Source: a virus. Taken from it: a stretch of 64,000 nt of DNA. A program made the position numbers and the translations under genes. Positions 47,453 to 57,592 of the stretch are shown here, one piece after another. The notes beneath the pieces are model-generated. The model was given only the letters and a program-made list of their open reading frames with translations. It did no database searches and was not told the DNA's origin. Positions within the stretch are counted from its first letter, which is position 1; each line of letters opens with the position of its first letter. The DNA lies in the IMG/VR virus record IMGVR_UViG_3300035670_009638, positions 1 through 64,000 of that record, one strand, 5' to 3'.

Positions 47453-48067
47453 TTACAAAATATCAATAGCGATCTTCGACCAGTTTTCTAATCTGTCATA
47501 GAATTGCTTCAGCTTTAATTTTTCGATTGAGAAGAATTGTCCTTGAAGTTCTTCAGTTTCACGAACCTGAACATCTGTATCTTCTGGAACTTCAATTGCA
47601 ACTAATACTCCAATATGAACTCGACCAACTTCATCTTCATCATCATTTATAAGTCCAATAGGAGTTACTTTGAAGTTCTTATTATCAATAACTAGTTCTT
47701 CTTCAATTTCTCGTAGAAGGTTTTCATCCAGGACTTTATTAAAATCTTTTTCATCTGGAACTTCATTCATATGGCCACCAACACCTATTGAAAGTTTATT
47801 GTGCAATCTTGTTTCTCCTGCACCTTTCAATCGTTCATAAACAAAAACTTCATTTCCACGTTTTATAACTGCATATGGAATTGGTTGTTTGAAGTTTTCA
47901 TCTTCTTCTGCATTTCCACGTCTCATCACTTCATAAGTGTTGCTGATATTTTTTACGATTTTATTTACTATCTTTTTATCTTGAAAAGTTCCTTGGAATA
48001 CAAGCTTTTCATTTTCAAAGACTTCAGAACGTGGAGCAACAATAATCATTTCATCCATTTTTCCCAT
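47453..48067 (-). CDS. NUDIX-superfamily phosphoesterase (YmaB-like)
   Basis: KQPIPY, SIGVGGHMN, REIEEEL, VGRVHIG motifs. Confidence 0.85.
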   Translation of the reverse strand: MGKMDEMIIVAPRSEVFENEKLVFQGTFQDKKIVNKIVKNISNTYEVMRRGNAEEDENFKQPIPYAVIKRGNEVFVYERLKGAGETRLHNKLSIGVGGHMNEVPDEKDFNKVLDENLLREIEEELVIDNKNFKVTPIGLINDDEDEVGRVHIGVLVAIEVPEDTDVQVRETEELQGQFFSIEKLKLKQFYDRLENWSKIAIDIL

Positions 48068-48199
48068 ATTTAAAAACCTCCGATTAATAAGAATTGAAAG
48101 AATTTATATCCGAAATATGAATAAATAACAGTTGCAGATAATGAAACAAAGAAATGAATAACAAGAATAGTGTTGTATAGTTTGTTACTCATAAACTGA

Positions 48200-48406
48200 T
48201 CACTCCGTAACTACCAAGTCGGCAGCTCGATAATATTCAACAACGACAGTAACAATGAAATATTCGATCTCTTTTCTTTGTCGTTTAGCAATTGTATAAT
48301 CTTTTAAATTACTTCCATGTTCTTCTTTCATTTGTTGAACCATAGATTCGGCTTCTAAAAGAGTGTCAGCGAAAAAAGTTTCTTTTTTACCCATCAAAGT
48401 TTTCAT
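48200..48406 (-). CDS. hypothetical protein
   Basis: ORF with ATCGGAGG RBS. Confidence 0.75.
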   Translation of the reverse strand: MKTLMGKKETFFADTLLEAESMVQQMKEEHGSNLKDYTIAKRQRKEIEYFIVTVVVEYYRAADLVVTE

Positions 48407-48426
48407 AGTTTATTTACCTCCGATTT

Positions 48427-48792
48427 TTAATATCCATTTTCTTGTCTTTCGTAGTTGACTTTGTTTTTAGCAATATACATGCTGATAATTTCTTCTTCAT
48501 TTCTAAAACCAAGAGCTAAACCAACATTTATAGCAAAATGAAGGAAATCAATATATTCTTCTTTAGATAATTTATTTTGGATCTCAAGTTTTTCTGGTCC
48601 CCATTTCAAATACTTTGAAGACCAATCTTTAGCAAACGGTACTTCATGAAGCATTTCATGTAGTTCATCTGTAGCCCATAGCATGTGTTCTTTTATATAT
48701 TTAGCTCGTTCTTGCAAGTCCATAGAATCCAAGTCATAACCCATACGTTTTTGAAATTTAAGTTGGGAATCAAGTAAAAATTGAAGTGTCAT
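48427..48792 (-). CDS. all-alpha (dimeric dUTPase / dCTPase-like) dNTP pyrophosphatase
   Basis: DELHE, KDWS, EEYIDFLHF, KNKVNYERQENGY; start at ATG 48792. Confidence 0.85.
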   Translation of the reverse strand: MTLQFLLDSQLKFQKRMGYDLDSMDLQERAKYIKEHMLWATDELHEMLHEVPFAKDWSSKYLKWGPEKLEIQNKLSKEEYIDFLHFAINVGLALGFRNEEEIISMYIAKNKVNYERQENGY

Positions 48793-48854
48793 AGTAGTTG
48801 AGTTCCTCCTATTCAATAATTTTTTAAATAACTTTTTATTTAACTCACATTGTA

Positions 48855-48883
48855 TTTATATCTGTTTAAATAAAAACGTAAAT
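48855..48883 (-). promoter_or_regulatory. class II promoter
   Basis: Repeated 29-bp motif. Confidence 0.75.
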
Positions 48884-48922
48884 AATTTATTACATAATTT
48901 TTTAAATAAAAAGTTGGAGATA

Positions 48923-51900
48923 TTACTCCCCAACTTTTTCCATTTGTAAGTAAAGGTTATCTGAGTTATAACCGTTCACTTTCATGCAAGTATGATTAAA
49001 TTGGGTTCCAGTTTTTCTTAATACAAATTCTTCTCCCTTTCTAAATCCTACAAGAACTAAGATTGTTCCTCGTTCGAACCAGCTTGGGTCCAATACCTGC
49101 TTCTCTTTTCCATTCACTCGAACAACTTTCTTGTCATAATGAGCAAATTGTCCCTTAGTGAATCGAACAGTTACAACACCAGAAGGAGTGAGAACATAAA
49201 CCAAAGACTTTCCTTTTGCTTTATCAACAACTGTTCCAGCAATAACATCGATTTTGAATTGAGGAATTTTTCTTCCTCTATAACTCTTGTAACCAGTTAC
49301 AACCGGCTCTTTTGGCAGTTCTTCAAAATCTACTACATTGAAATACTTGTCAATTGGCATATAGTCTAGTTCATGCTTATCAGAATAGAATAAATTTGTT
49401 TCCATCTCCCAGGACTCAACTGCTCCTCTACAGTTCTTTTTCCAGAATTCTTGCATCTTTACTTTATTGAAAAGAGTTGCAGCTTCTGGGGAAGTGACCC
49501 AGTCTTTTAATTTTTCAATTGCTTTTCCATAGAACTTGTTCCAACTCTTCTCATCGATTTTAAGTTGGCCATCAACAAAATCATAATTAACTTGGCTAGA
49601 ATAATTTTTGATAAAGTCTGACTCAATCTCTTTGTTCATTGGAACTTTGTTTCTTCCTTGAATTTTGTGTCTAAATTCATAGATCTCAAGTTCTTTAGCA
49701 AACTTCTCTTTATCTACTAAATGTGCAATCACAGGGAATTGAACCATTGTGAGCTTTTCTCGTTTTGGTGTTACTAATCTGACATAATCGATCATTAGCT
49801 GTCTTCTATCAGGATTCAACTTATCGAAGCAACCAGATTTGATTAAAGTAACACCTTTTGCATCAGAAATAAGTTTTGTTTTGATGACTCTTTCATAGAA
49901 GTCTACAAAACTTTCATATGGTCTGTTTTGGATAATAGCTTCAATAGCATCAACACCTAAACCAGAGATTGGCTTTAGACCAAACAATATTTTTCCTTCA
50001 GATTCTAGTGGAGTGAATCCCATATTTGACAAGTTAATATCTGGAGGAAGTATATCACCTTTCATATCTCCAATAGCTTTAGCGATTGCTCCGTAGTTTG
50101 TTCCAGCTGCACTATCACCAAGTAGACCAGCATTTACCGATAAGCATGCAGTCTTCCACCAAACTGGACCAAATCGATAACAAATGTTCATTTCAATCAT
50201 CAAAATTAATGTATATCCAGCAATATGAGGAAGAGAGAAAGAATAACCAAACTGAGGCTTTAGTTCTTTTTCCCATACATAATCAAGGAACTCTTTTCTT
50301 GTGCCATTCTTTTCTCCGCCTTCATAGAATAGAATTCTTTGTTCTTCAATTAATTTTTGATTCTGTTTAGCCACAGCTTTACGAAATTTGTTTGCTTGAG
50401 TTAAACTAAATCCAGCAATTTTCGGGTCCATAGAGAGCAACATAAGACCTTCTTGAGTATCACAAATTCCATATCGATCTAATAAGTGTTTCTCAAGTAC
50501 TTTAATTTCATCTTGTGTCAATCCATATTCGTTCATTTCTTCATACCATTGGTTAATATCATTTTTAAAACGAACGAATTTATCAAGAGGTTGTTCTCCG
50601 TCTGTTGAAAGTCTCATTAAAGAGTTGCCAGCACACAACTCTTCAAAGTTTCTTGGATTGATTTTAGTTAGAGCTTGAATTCCTACTGCAGTCTCAAATT
50701 GGAAAGCATTTAGAACATGACCTTCGAATAACATATCCCACATTTCTGGCGCTTCCATTTCAAGTACGTCAGGATGGAAATATTTGTTGTAAGTTTCTCG
50801 TAGAGTTCCTTGCCATTCAATTTTTCCATGTTCAAGAAGCAAATCCATTGCAGCTCTAATTCTGTCCAATGCGTTGATTGAAAGATAATCAAGTTTAAGG
50901 GCTCCCATATAAACAGAATCATTCATATCAAATTGAGTAACAGGCAAGCCAGATGTTGTTTTCATCATTGCATTTTGAGCAACATATCCATCTGGGAAGA
51001 TAATAACTCCTGAAGCATGTTGTCCACGTCCTGAAATTAGACCCTCAATTGATAACATTGCTTCTTTTAAACCATCATATTTTTCTACTTCAGCAATAAA
51101 ATCTTTAGCTGGTTTTTTACCTTTGGCTGGGTTTCCATTAAAGCATTCATCTAAATTCCAAATTCCACCTTTTTCAGTAGGAATTAAGTTTGCAATATTA
51201 TGAGCAATATCTTTATCAATTCCTAAGCCACGACAAGCAGTTAAAACTGTTGATCGAGTGCCCTCAGTTGTGAATGTTCCCATGTTTAAAACATTTTCTT
51301 CTCCATAAGCTTCCTTAGTTAAAGAAATTATTTCTGCTCGTTTTGACCCTTCTGAGTCTAAATCAATATCAGGAAGTTCAACACGTTCTTTGGATAAGAA
51401 ACGCCAATGAGGAAGATTGTGTTTTAATGGATTAATTTGAACGATGTCTAAAAGATAATTTAGATAGAAACAGCTTGCAGAACCACGAGAAACACCAACT
51501 AATGATACTTGCCACATTAGGTCAACTACTTCTTTTGTTAGAACAAAGTAAGATGACATTGGCTGATTAAGTTTTTCAGTGATGTGATATAACTCATTTA
51601 ATTCTGTATCAATACGACTTAAGTTTGTTTCGTTTAACTCTTCATTTTTTGAAATCATTCCTTCAGCAATCAAATGAAGATAGTAACGATCAACTTCATA
51701 TTTCGATTCTGAGTATTTTTTGATATATTCATATTTGTCATAGAACTGTTCAAATAAAGGATTGAGTTCAAATTTTGGAATATGAGCTTTCGGAATTTTA
51801 ACTTCTTGTTCGAATTTTATAGGCTGAATTTTTTTCATGATCAGATGAGTGTTTCTAATCAGTTCATCTAAAAGCTGTTCATCGAAGTATTCAAGCAGTT

Positions 51901-52714
51901 CTTCTCGATTCATTACATAAGTTGTTGCGTAGAAAGCTTCAACTTCTCTTTCACCTTGAGACGATTGCAAATAGATTTTGTGTGCTGTTGCTTGGTCTTT
52001 ATTTAGATAATGAGCATCTGTTGAAACAACACAAGTAACACCATATGCTTGACCAATTTTATAAAGCATTTTGTTAGCAATTTGTTGGTCTCTGTTATGG
52101 CTTGGCTGTAGCTCAAAATACAAGTCATCACCAAAAACACCTTTAAGCCAAACAACAAGATTATGAACATTTCTTTTGTTCTCTTCTGTTGGTTCATCAT
52201 GATATTTAATTAAAAGTTGTGGTACCTCTCCACCAACACAAGCTGTTGTAGCAATGATATGTCCTCGGTATTCTTCCATAAGAGCCATTAATTCATCTTT
52301 ATATGTTGGTACTCGTTCCATTCCTCGATAGAAAAACGAATTATACCAAGCTCGTGATGATAATTTTCTGAGGCCTTCATATCCTTTATCGTCTTTGGCA
52401 ATTAAGATAAAGTGATGGAATGAAACCCTTTCATTAATTTCTCTTTTCTCTTGAACTTCATCTTTATCAACTAGATATATCTCGTTTCCGAATGCAAGGA
52501 CAAACTTTCCAAATCTATCTCTATTACTCTCAACATACTGGTGTGCTTTCACGTGAGAAGACAAAGTCTCATGATCGGTTATTGCGATTCCTGGCAATCC
52601 AAGTTCTAGTGCATAGTCTAATAACTCTTCTGGCTTGTTAATAGCATCTCGTAACCGAAAATTCGACGCGTGCGTGTGGTTATGGACTGAAAAAGGTTGT
52701 AGTAGTTGAGTCAT
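48923..52714 (-). CDS. dnaE: DNA polymerase III alpha subunit
   Basis: PHP domain (HNHT, AITDHE), RGSA, PDIDLD, QHASGV, KLDYL motifs. Confidence 0.96.
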   Translation of the reverse strand: MTQLLQPFSVHNHTHASNFRLRDAINKPEELLDYALELGLPGIAITDHETLSSHVKAHQYVESNRDRFGKFVLAFGNEIYLVDKDEVQEKREINERVSFHHFILIAKDDKGYEGLRKLSSRAWYNSFFYRGMERVPTYKDELMALMEEYRGHIIATTACVGGEVPQLLIKYHDEPTEENKRNVHNLVVWLKGVFGDDLYFELQPSHNRDQQIANKMLYKIGQAYGVTCVVSTDAHYLNKDQATAHKIYLQSSQGEREVEAFYATTYVMNREELLEYFDEQLLDELIRNTHLIMKKIQPIKFEQEVKIPKAHIPKFELNPLFEQFYDKYEYIKKYSESKYEVDRYYLHLIAEGMISKNEELNETNLSRIDTELNELYHITEKLNQPMSSYFVLTKEVVDLMWQVSLVGVSRGSASCFYLNYLLDIVQINPLKHNLPHWRFLSKERVELPDIDLDSEGSKRAEIISLTKEAYGEENVLNMGTFTTEGTRSTVLTACRGLGIDKDIAHNIANLIPTEKGGIWNLDECFNGNPAKGKKPAKDFIAEVEKYDGLKEAMLSIEGLISGRGQHASGVIIFPDGYVAQNAMMKTTSGLPVTQFDMNDSVYMGALKLDYLSINALDRIRAAMDLLLEHGKIEWQGTLRETYNKYFHPDVLEMEAPEMWDMLFEGHVLNAFQFETAVGIQALTKINPRNFEELCAGNSLMRLSTDGEQPLDKFVRFKNDINQWYEEMNEYGLTQDEIKVLEKHLLDRYGICDTQEGLMLLSMDPKIAGFSLTQANKFRKAVAKQNQKLIEEQRILFYEGGEKNGTRKEFLDYVWEKELKPQFGYSFSLPHIAGYTLILMIEMNICYRFGPVWWKTACLSVNAGLLGDSAAGTNYGAIAKAIGDMKGDILPPDINLSNMGFTPLESEGKILFGLKPISGLGVDAIEAIIQNRPYESFVDFYERVIKTKLISDAKGVTLIKSGCFDKLNPDRRQLMIDYVRLVTPKREKLTMVQFPVIAHLVDKEKFAKELEIYEFRHKIQGRNKVPMNKEIESDFIKNYSSQVNYDFVDGQLKIDEKSWNKFYGKAIEKLKDWVTSPEAATLFNKVKMQEFWKKNCRGAVESWEMETNLFYSDKHELDYMPIDKYFNVVDFEELPKEPVVTGYKSYRGRKIPQFKIDVIAGTVVDKAKGKSLVYVLTPSGVVTVRFTKGQFAHYDKKVVRVNGKEKQVLDPSWFERGTILVLVGFRKGEEFVLRKTGTQFNHTCMKVNGYNSDNLYLQMEKVGE

Positions 52715-52750
52715 ATTTTTACCTCATTTCTTTTTATTTCTCACATTGTT

Positions 52751-52779
52751 TTTATATCCGTCCGATTGGAAACGTAAAA
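52751..52779 (-). promoter_or_regulatory. class II promoter of dnaE
   Basis: Repeated 29-bp motif. Confidence 0.7.
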
Positions 52780-52804
52780 AGAAATAGGCAAAAAAAATAG
52801 AGCA

Positions 52805-53596
52805 CTAGGCTCTATAAGAAAACAATTTTCCTTTAAATGGTTTATCATTTGTGGCACTAAACTTAATACCTTGATGACCAATACCAGTCGCCTCAACTGC
52901 GTGCTTAACAGATGGAAATTCATCTATAACTTCTTTTGTGACTGGGTCTAATAATTGAACTACCTTTCTTCTTGGTGAAGGCTTTCCGAACATTCCATTT
53001 CCTTTCCCAGAATTCACTTTTGAAATTCGTTCTTTGGCTTCTTCAGAATGGTTCTTACCAAGGAATGCTAGTTTAGTTTTAGCTCTAGCTTCATCTGATA
53101 ATTTTCTTCCAGTAAGTTTTCTTCTCATCTTTTCTTTTGCTGCTGGAGGCATCGGAACTCCTTTGTTTGCTGGTTGAACCCCAATACGAGCCTTACTCAT
53201 CTTTAACCTTGACTGTTTAGAATGAGTCTTACCAAACATTGGAGCGTTCTCTCCTACTCTTATTTCTCTCATTACTTTAGCAAGCTTTTCTCTTGTTTCT
53301 TCTGTGTGATGGTAACCAGTAATCCCTTCTCCACCATCAGTCATATTCGAAAGTTTAAATCCAAATTCATCTTTATATACAGCAATATAGTAAACTTCGT
53401 ATTCAAGAGCTTCTTCCTCAGTAAGACCTTCATGAAGAATAACAACAGCAACATTCTCGAATCCAAGTTTCTTAATTATATTGTTGAAGTACCTGTTTCT
53501 GCAAGGATAGTATGCTCTTCCTCCCTGACCTTTACCAACATAGAAAGGTTCGTTTGTATCTAATCTAATCCATTCATAAACATAAAAATCATTCAT
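52805..53596 (-). CDS. free-standing GIY-YIG / NUMOD3 homing endonuclease
   Basis: FYVY..PFYVGKG..R, NMTDGGEG, HTEETREK repeats. Confidence 0.9.
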   Translation of the reverse strand: MNDFYVYEWIRLDTNEPFYVGKGQGGRAYYPCRNRYFNNIIKKLGFENVAVVILHEGLTEEEALEYEVYYIAVYKDEFGFKLSNMTDGGEGITGYHHTEETREKLAKVMREIRVGENAPMFGKTHSKQSRLKMSKARIGVQPANKGVPMPPAAKEKMRRKLTGRKLSDEARAKTKLAFLGKNHSEEAKERISKVNSGKGNGMFGKPSPRRKVVQLLDPVTKEVIDEFPSVKHAVEATGIGHQGIKFSATNDKPFKGKLFSYRA

Positions 53597-53672
53597 GATT
53601 GAGTCACCTCTTGGAAATAATTGGTATATATTTATTATATAATATAAACATTGAACCGTACATATGTTCTTA

Positions 53673-53748
53673 TAATAACTTTTATAACTTCTATAACGGT
53701 TATAACTAAAAAAGATAGCCGAAAGGCTATCTTCATAACAGTTATAAC
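53673..53748. repeat. 9-bp-period YATAAC array
   Basis: Units at 53673, 53682, 53691, 53700, 53733, 53742. Confidence 0.7.
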
Positions 53749-53751
53749 CCC

Positions 53752-54207
53752 TTAATCTTCAATCTTTTTCTTTTTTCCTTTGAAAATATGAGGCATGCTA
53801 ACAAAAATATTTATATCAACTTTTGAACCAGGAAGATATTTGTTAACAAAATAATTAAAGAATTGAACATCATCTTCAAGATTCAAAAGGTTAGAAGATC
53901 TTTGGAATGCATTGATTTGCTTAACTTTATTGTTTTCATCAAATATGAAATGAATTGTTGAAATACATTCTTCTGAATGATACATAACTTGTCTTTCTGA
54001 AGTTATCCATCCATGTTCATACTTGAATAACAAATGTCTTAGCTGCATTTCAAGTGAAGTATAATATGGTTCATCAGAAGGTGGAAAATCAGTTTTTGTA
54101 ACTGGATTAATCAAGAGGAATGGCTCAAATAGAACCATATCCTCAGTCTCTTTTGAAACTAATAATTCATCAACAACTGGTAGTTCATATTGAAAACTTG
54201 TGAGCAT
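53752..54207 (-). CDS. minimal thymidylate-synthase (ThyA)-fold protein, possible dCMP-modifying enzyme
   Basis: SERQ...ECISTIHF, AFQRSSN..LEDD and SMPHIF align to ThyA / dCMP hydroxymethylase motifs. Confidence 0.6.
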   Translation of the reverse strand: MLTSFQYELPVVDELLVSKETEDMVLFEPFLLINPVTKTDFPPSDEPYYTSLEMQLRHLLFKYEHGWITSERQVMYHSEECISTIHFIFDENNKVKQINAFQRSSNLLNLEDDVQFFNYFVNKYLPGSKVDINIFVSMPHIFKGKKKKIED

Positions 54208-55175
54208 TAAAGATTACCTCCACGAAGTTCTTCCATGTATTTTTTAGATTGAGCAGCAAGTAATTCAAGCTCTTTCTTATACTCAGCAAACATCTTCTGG
54301 AAGATTGTTGGACCTTCTGGAGGATTTGTTCCATTAACTTCCTCACGATATGCTTGATAGATAAAGTCTTTCTCGTTCCATTCGAATTTGTCTGAGTTTT
54401 CTTCAGGGAAGTATAAGTTTGTTGCATGTCCATTACGAGCATTTTTAATGTAATGGAATGATGGCATTTCAAAATCAATAATGTTCAAGTGAGCAATTGG
54501 ATATGCTTTACATACTGCTAACCACATTTGATATGCAATGATGTTATCTGATTTTGGTTGAATTTGTCGGTCAATACGTTGCTTAACAAATCCAAGTAAA
54601 TCTTTAAAGTTACAACTTGCATAATAGAAATTGTCATGGTTTTTATTAAGAATTAATCGAGCATCCATAATTGAAATTTGTTTAGAATCAATCATGTCTT
54701 GATATAACTTTCTGCATTCATAAGTTAATTGTTTATATCGTTCATAGAATTCTGGAGAGTTTTGAATAGCTTCTGGAACTACTGCTGTATGATGGGTTAA
54801 CCAGCGATCTCCAGTACACTGAGCTGAGAATGAGAAAGTTCGATGGCGAATTAAATGAGTTACGTCCTGAACTGAAATACCTTCAATTCGGAAAGTTAAA
54901 CGAATTGTTTCAAGAATAGAAGGTAAAGTTTTGAAAGTGAAAGCTTTCTCGATATCTTCAACTACTTGTTCCATAGAATATTCTTGTCCAGGCTCATCTG
55001 CCCAAGTTGCATTTACATAACCAGGAAGGTAATTAACAATGTTTTGCCATGGAGTATGATCGACTAGGGTAACATTAATATTCTCTAAGTCATTAACAAA
55101 CTCAAAATCTGGTTCTTCACCGAAACGTAATTCCATTGGTAATTTTACAGGTTCAAGATTGTTATTTTTTGGCAT
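54207..55175 (-). CDS. thyX: flavin-dependent thymidylate synthase (ThyX)-like protein, variant active site
   Basis: HLIRHRTFSFSAQC, DARLIL, NFKDLLGFVKQR motifs; start at ATG 55175. Confidence 0.85.
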   Translation of the reverse strand: MPKNNNLEPVKLPMELRFGEEPDFEFVNDLENINVTLVDHTPWQNIVNYLPGYVNATWADEPGQEYSMEQVVEDIEKAFTFKTLPSILETIRLTFRIEGISVQDVTHLIRHRTFSFSAQCTGDRWLTHHTAVVPEAIQNSPEFYERYKQLTYECRKLYQDMIDSKQISIMDARLILNKNHDNFYYASCNFKDLLGFVKQRIDRQIQPKSDNIIAYQMWLAVCKAYPIAHLNIIDFEMPSFHYIKNARNGHATNLYFPEENSDKFEWNEKDFIYQAYREEVNGTNPPEGPTIFQKMFAEYKKELELLAAQSKKYMEELRGGNL

Positions 55176-55238
55176 AATAGAAAACCTCCGATTGATTAAA
55201 TAATTTTTTAAATAAGTTATTAAATAACTCACATTGTA

Positions 55239-55267
55239 TTTATATCTGATCAAATAAAAATGTAAAT
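55239..55267 (-). promoter_or_regulatory. class II promoter
   Basis: Repeated 29-bp motif. Confidence 0.75.
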
Positions 55268-55289
55268 CATTTTTTAAATAATTTTTTAT

Positions 55290-55889
55290 TTAAAACCAAA
55301 TTGTTGTTTTATCTAGGCTAAATCTTTCGCTGTAGTAAGGCTCCTCTGACTTCTTGCCAATTGGAATAAACATGATGGGAACTAGATTTTCTGGAACATC
55401 AAATGAACCTTCAAATTGTTCTCTGTCAAATCCACCAATAATTCCAGTGTTGTAGCCTTTAGATTCGGCTGCATAAACTAATGTCATTGCTGCCAACGGA
55501 GCATTAACAAAAGCATGTTCTAAAGCATCATAGTAATCTTCATAAGCTTTTTCTACTTGTTTCTTTAATTTCGCCTTAACAAAATCATTCATATAACCTT
55601 TTTCGACCAAAGGATTATAAACTTCGTCAAAATTTAGATCAGCATCAATGTCCGCAAGAACTGCCACAACAGCACTAGAATTAATAATTTGATTTTGATA
55701 GTAGGCAATTGGTAGAAGTTGTTCTTTTGATTCTTTACTTTCAAAAACAAAGAACTTCCAATGTTGTAGGTTCCAAGCCGAAGGAGACTTACCTGATAAA
55801 GTTAAAATCTCCTCCAGATCCTCCCTAGGAATCTTAAAATTTGGGTCGAATGAAGTTGTGTTTTTACGATTCAAAATTATCTCTTTCAT
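55290..55889 (-). CDS. nitroreductase-family flavoprotein
   Basis: SPSAWNLQHWKF, IGGFD motifs. Confidence 0.9.
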   Translation of the reverse strand: MKEIILNRKNTTSFDPNFKIPREDLEEILTLSGKSPSAWNLQHWKFFVFESKESKEQLLPIAYYQNQIINSSAVVAVLADIDADLNFDEVYNPLVEKGYMNDFVKAKLKKQVEKAYEDYYDALEHAFVNAPLAAMTLVYAAESKGYNTGIIGGFDREQFEGSFDVPENLVPIMFIPIGKKSEEPYYSERFSLDKTTIWF

Positions 55890-56338
55890 ATCATCTCATC
55901 CATTGCTTTATTTGCTAATTCATCTGCTCTCTCATTTCCAGGTTCACCGGAATGGCCTTTGACTTTAGTGAATTGGATAAATGCAAACTTATTAATCAAA
56001 TCAATAAGTTCAATCCACAATTCTCTGTTTTCAACTGGAGTTTTAGCTGATGTAACCCATCCATTATTCATCCATTTGACATACCATTTTTGGTTGATGC
56101 AATTACATACATAAGCTGAATCAGTTCGTACTTCAACAGGGATATTAAACTTTTTCATAGCTCTGAGGCCTTCAATAGCAGCTTTTAATTCCATTTGATT
56201 ATTAGTTACATTTCTAAAACCTTGATACAATTCTTTGGTGTGTTCTCCGTATTGAAGAACAACACCATAACCTCCAATTGAATTAGTTTTACTATTACCT
56301 CTCGAACCGCCATCAACGTAAATTACAACTCTACTCAT
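55886..56338 (-). CDS. rnhA: ribonuclease HI
   Basis: YVDGGSRGN, TNNQMEL, TDSAY, KVKGHSG..GNERADELA. Confidence 0.95.
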   Translation of the reverse strand: MSRVVIYVDGGSRGNSKTNSIGGYGVVLQYGEHTKELYQGFRNVTNNQMELKAAIEGLRAMKKFNIPVEVRTDSAYVCNCINQKWYVKWMNNGWVTSAKTPVENRELWIELIDLINKFAFIQFTKVKGHSGEPGNERADELANKAMDEMI

Positions 56339-57366
56339 TAAAGAATTCCTCCTTCAATAAGTTCTTTAACAATTTCTGAAACGTGTTTCTCGGTTGTATC
56401 AATTTTGATTTTGTTTTTATATGCAGAATTATCAAAGTAAAATTCCATAACTGCTTTATGATAATCAAAATCTAGTATTTCATGGTTTGTTTCAATACAT
56501 CTTCTTTCTAATTCTTCTGTCGAGCAATCAATATAAATTGCTAAAACACAATCTGATTTTGCAAGTTGGATTTCCATTTCCTTATAAGTTTCTTTTAGAT
56601 CGTCGCTTTTTTCAAAAATATCACAATATGCTTGGAAAGATTCGGGTCCTCTATCCATTGTCATATGTTTATATTTTGTTTGTTTATCAATTTCATTGAT
56701 TAATGTATCTTTACCAGCTCGATCTACAGCAGAAATAACAATTATTTTTGGAGAAGACTCAAGAATATATTCCATTCTAATTCCTTCCAAATGTTTATAT
56801 TTTGAATAAGGAGTTTTATAAGGTTCTCCAGTTCTTAATAGTTCTTTTACTTTTCCTGAACTTAGTCCAAAATTTTCTTTAAAGTATTTGTAAGCTTCTC
56901 CAACAAAATTAAAGAAAATTTGTTTCCCATCAGGCATTATAAGTTTGCATTTCCTTCTTGATGGAGAGGGTTTGCCATACATTCCATTGTTTTTTCCTAA
57001 AACTCTTTCTTTCTGTTCATCTGACCATTTATTTCCGTAATTTGGATTATCTTGTCCCTTATACATTTCAGAGAATTCAATTCTTGTTTTCTCTGAAATT
57101 CTTTCTCCTTCTTTTTTATTAAATCTGGCTTCACCTAAATTATGGTATCTTTTTGTAAGTATTTCTTCGTATTTAAAAGCTATCATCTTATCATCAAATT
57201 CTTTTACAATTTCAATATCAACACTTTCTTTAAGGTAAGGTCGTTGGTGCCAATCGCCATATGCTCTACCACCAGAACCTTTACCAACATAAAGAACTTC
57301 TCCAGTTTCTTTATCTTTGTGGATATAAACATAATGTTTAGTAGTAATTGAGATTTGTTTAGTCAT
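56338..57366 (-). CDS. GIY-YIG endonuclease fused to a thymidylate-kinase-like P-loop domain
   Basis: YVY..LYVGKGSGGR N-terminus; IIVISAVDRAGKDT and MDRG C-terminal domain. Confidence 0.8.
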   Translation of the reverse strand: MTKQISITTKHYVYIHKDKETGEVLYVGKGSGGRAYGDWHQRPYLKESVDIEIVKEFDDKMIAFKYEEILTKRYHNLGEARFNKKEGERISEKTRIEFSEMYKGQDNPNYGNKWSDEQKERVLGKNNGMYGKPSPSRRKCKLIMPDGKQIFFNFVGEAYKYFKENFGLSSGKVKELLRTGEPYKTPYSKYKHLEGIRMEYILESSPKIIVISAVDRAGKDTLINEIDKQTKYKHMTMDRGPESFQAYCDIFEKSDDLKETYKEMEIQLAKSDCVLAIYIDCSTEELERRCIETNHEILDFDYHKAVMEFYFDNSAYKNKIKIDTTEKHVSEIVKELIEGGIL

Positions 57367-57404
57367 AACTCTTATAACCTCCGATTTATTTATTTCTCAT
57401 AACT

Positions 57405-57433
57405 TTTATATCTGTTATGACTGAAACGTAAAT
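57405..57433 (-). promoter_or_regulatory. class II promoter overlapping a 9-bp-period array
   Basis: Repeated 29-bp motif. Confidence 0.75.
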
Positions 57434-57592
57434 CGAATAGGTTAATAAAATTTCAATTTTATAATAAAAAATGAGCTCAGTTTTCATCAAACTCACTACG
57501 TTAAGACTATTAAGTTGGTTTATATGTAATAAAATTTGGGCATGATATAATATATCCTAAATAGCAAAAAATAAAGCAGAGACAAACTCTGC

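Noticed and set aside
53673-53748. CRISPR array interpretation of the short repeats
   Set aside because: Units are 9 bp with no spacers, and no cas genes are present.
52714-53750. Group I intron or intein associated with dnaE and the GIY-YIG gene
   Set aside because: dnaE is continuous with no intein motifs; the endonuclease is free-standing with its own promoter.
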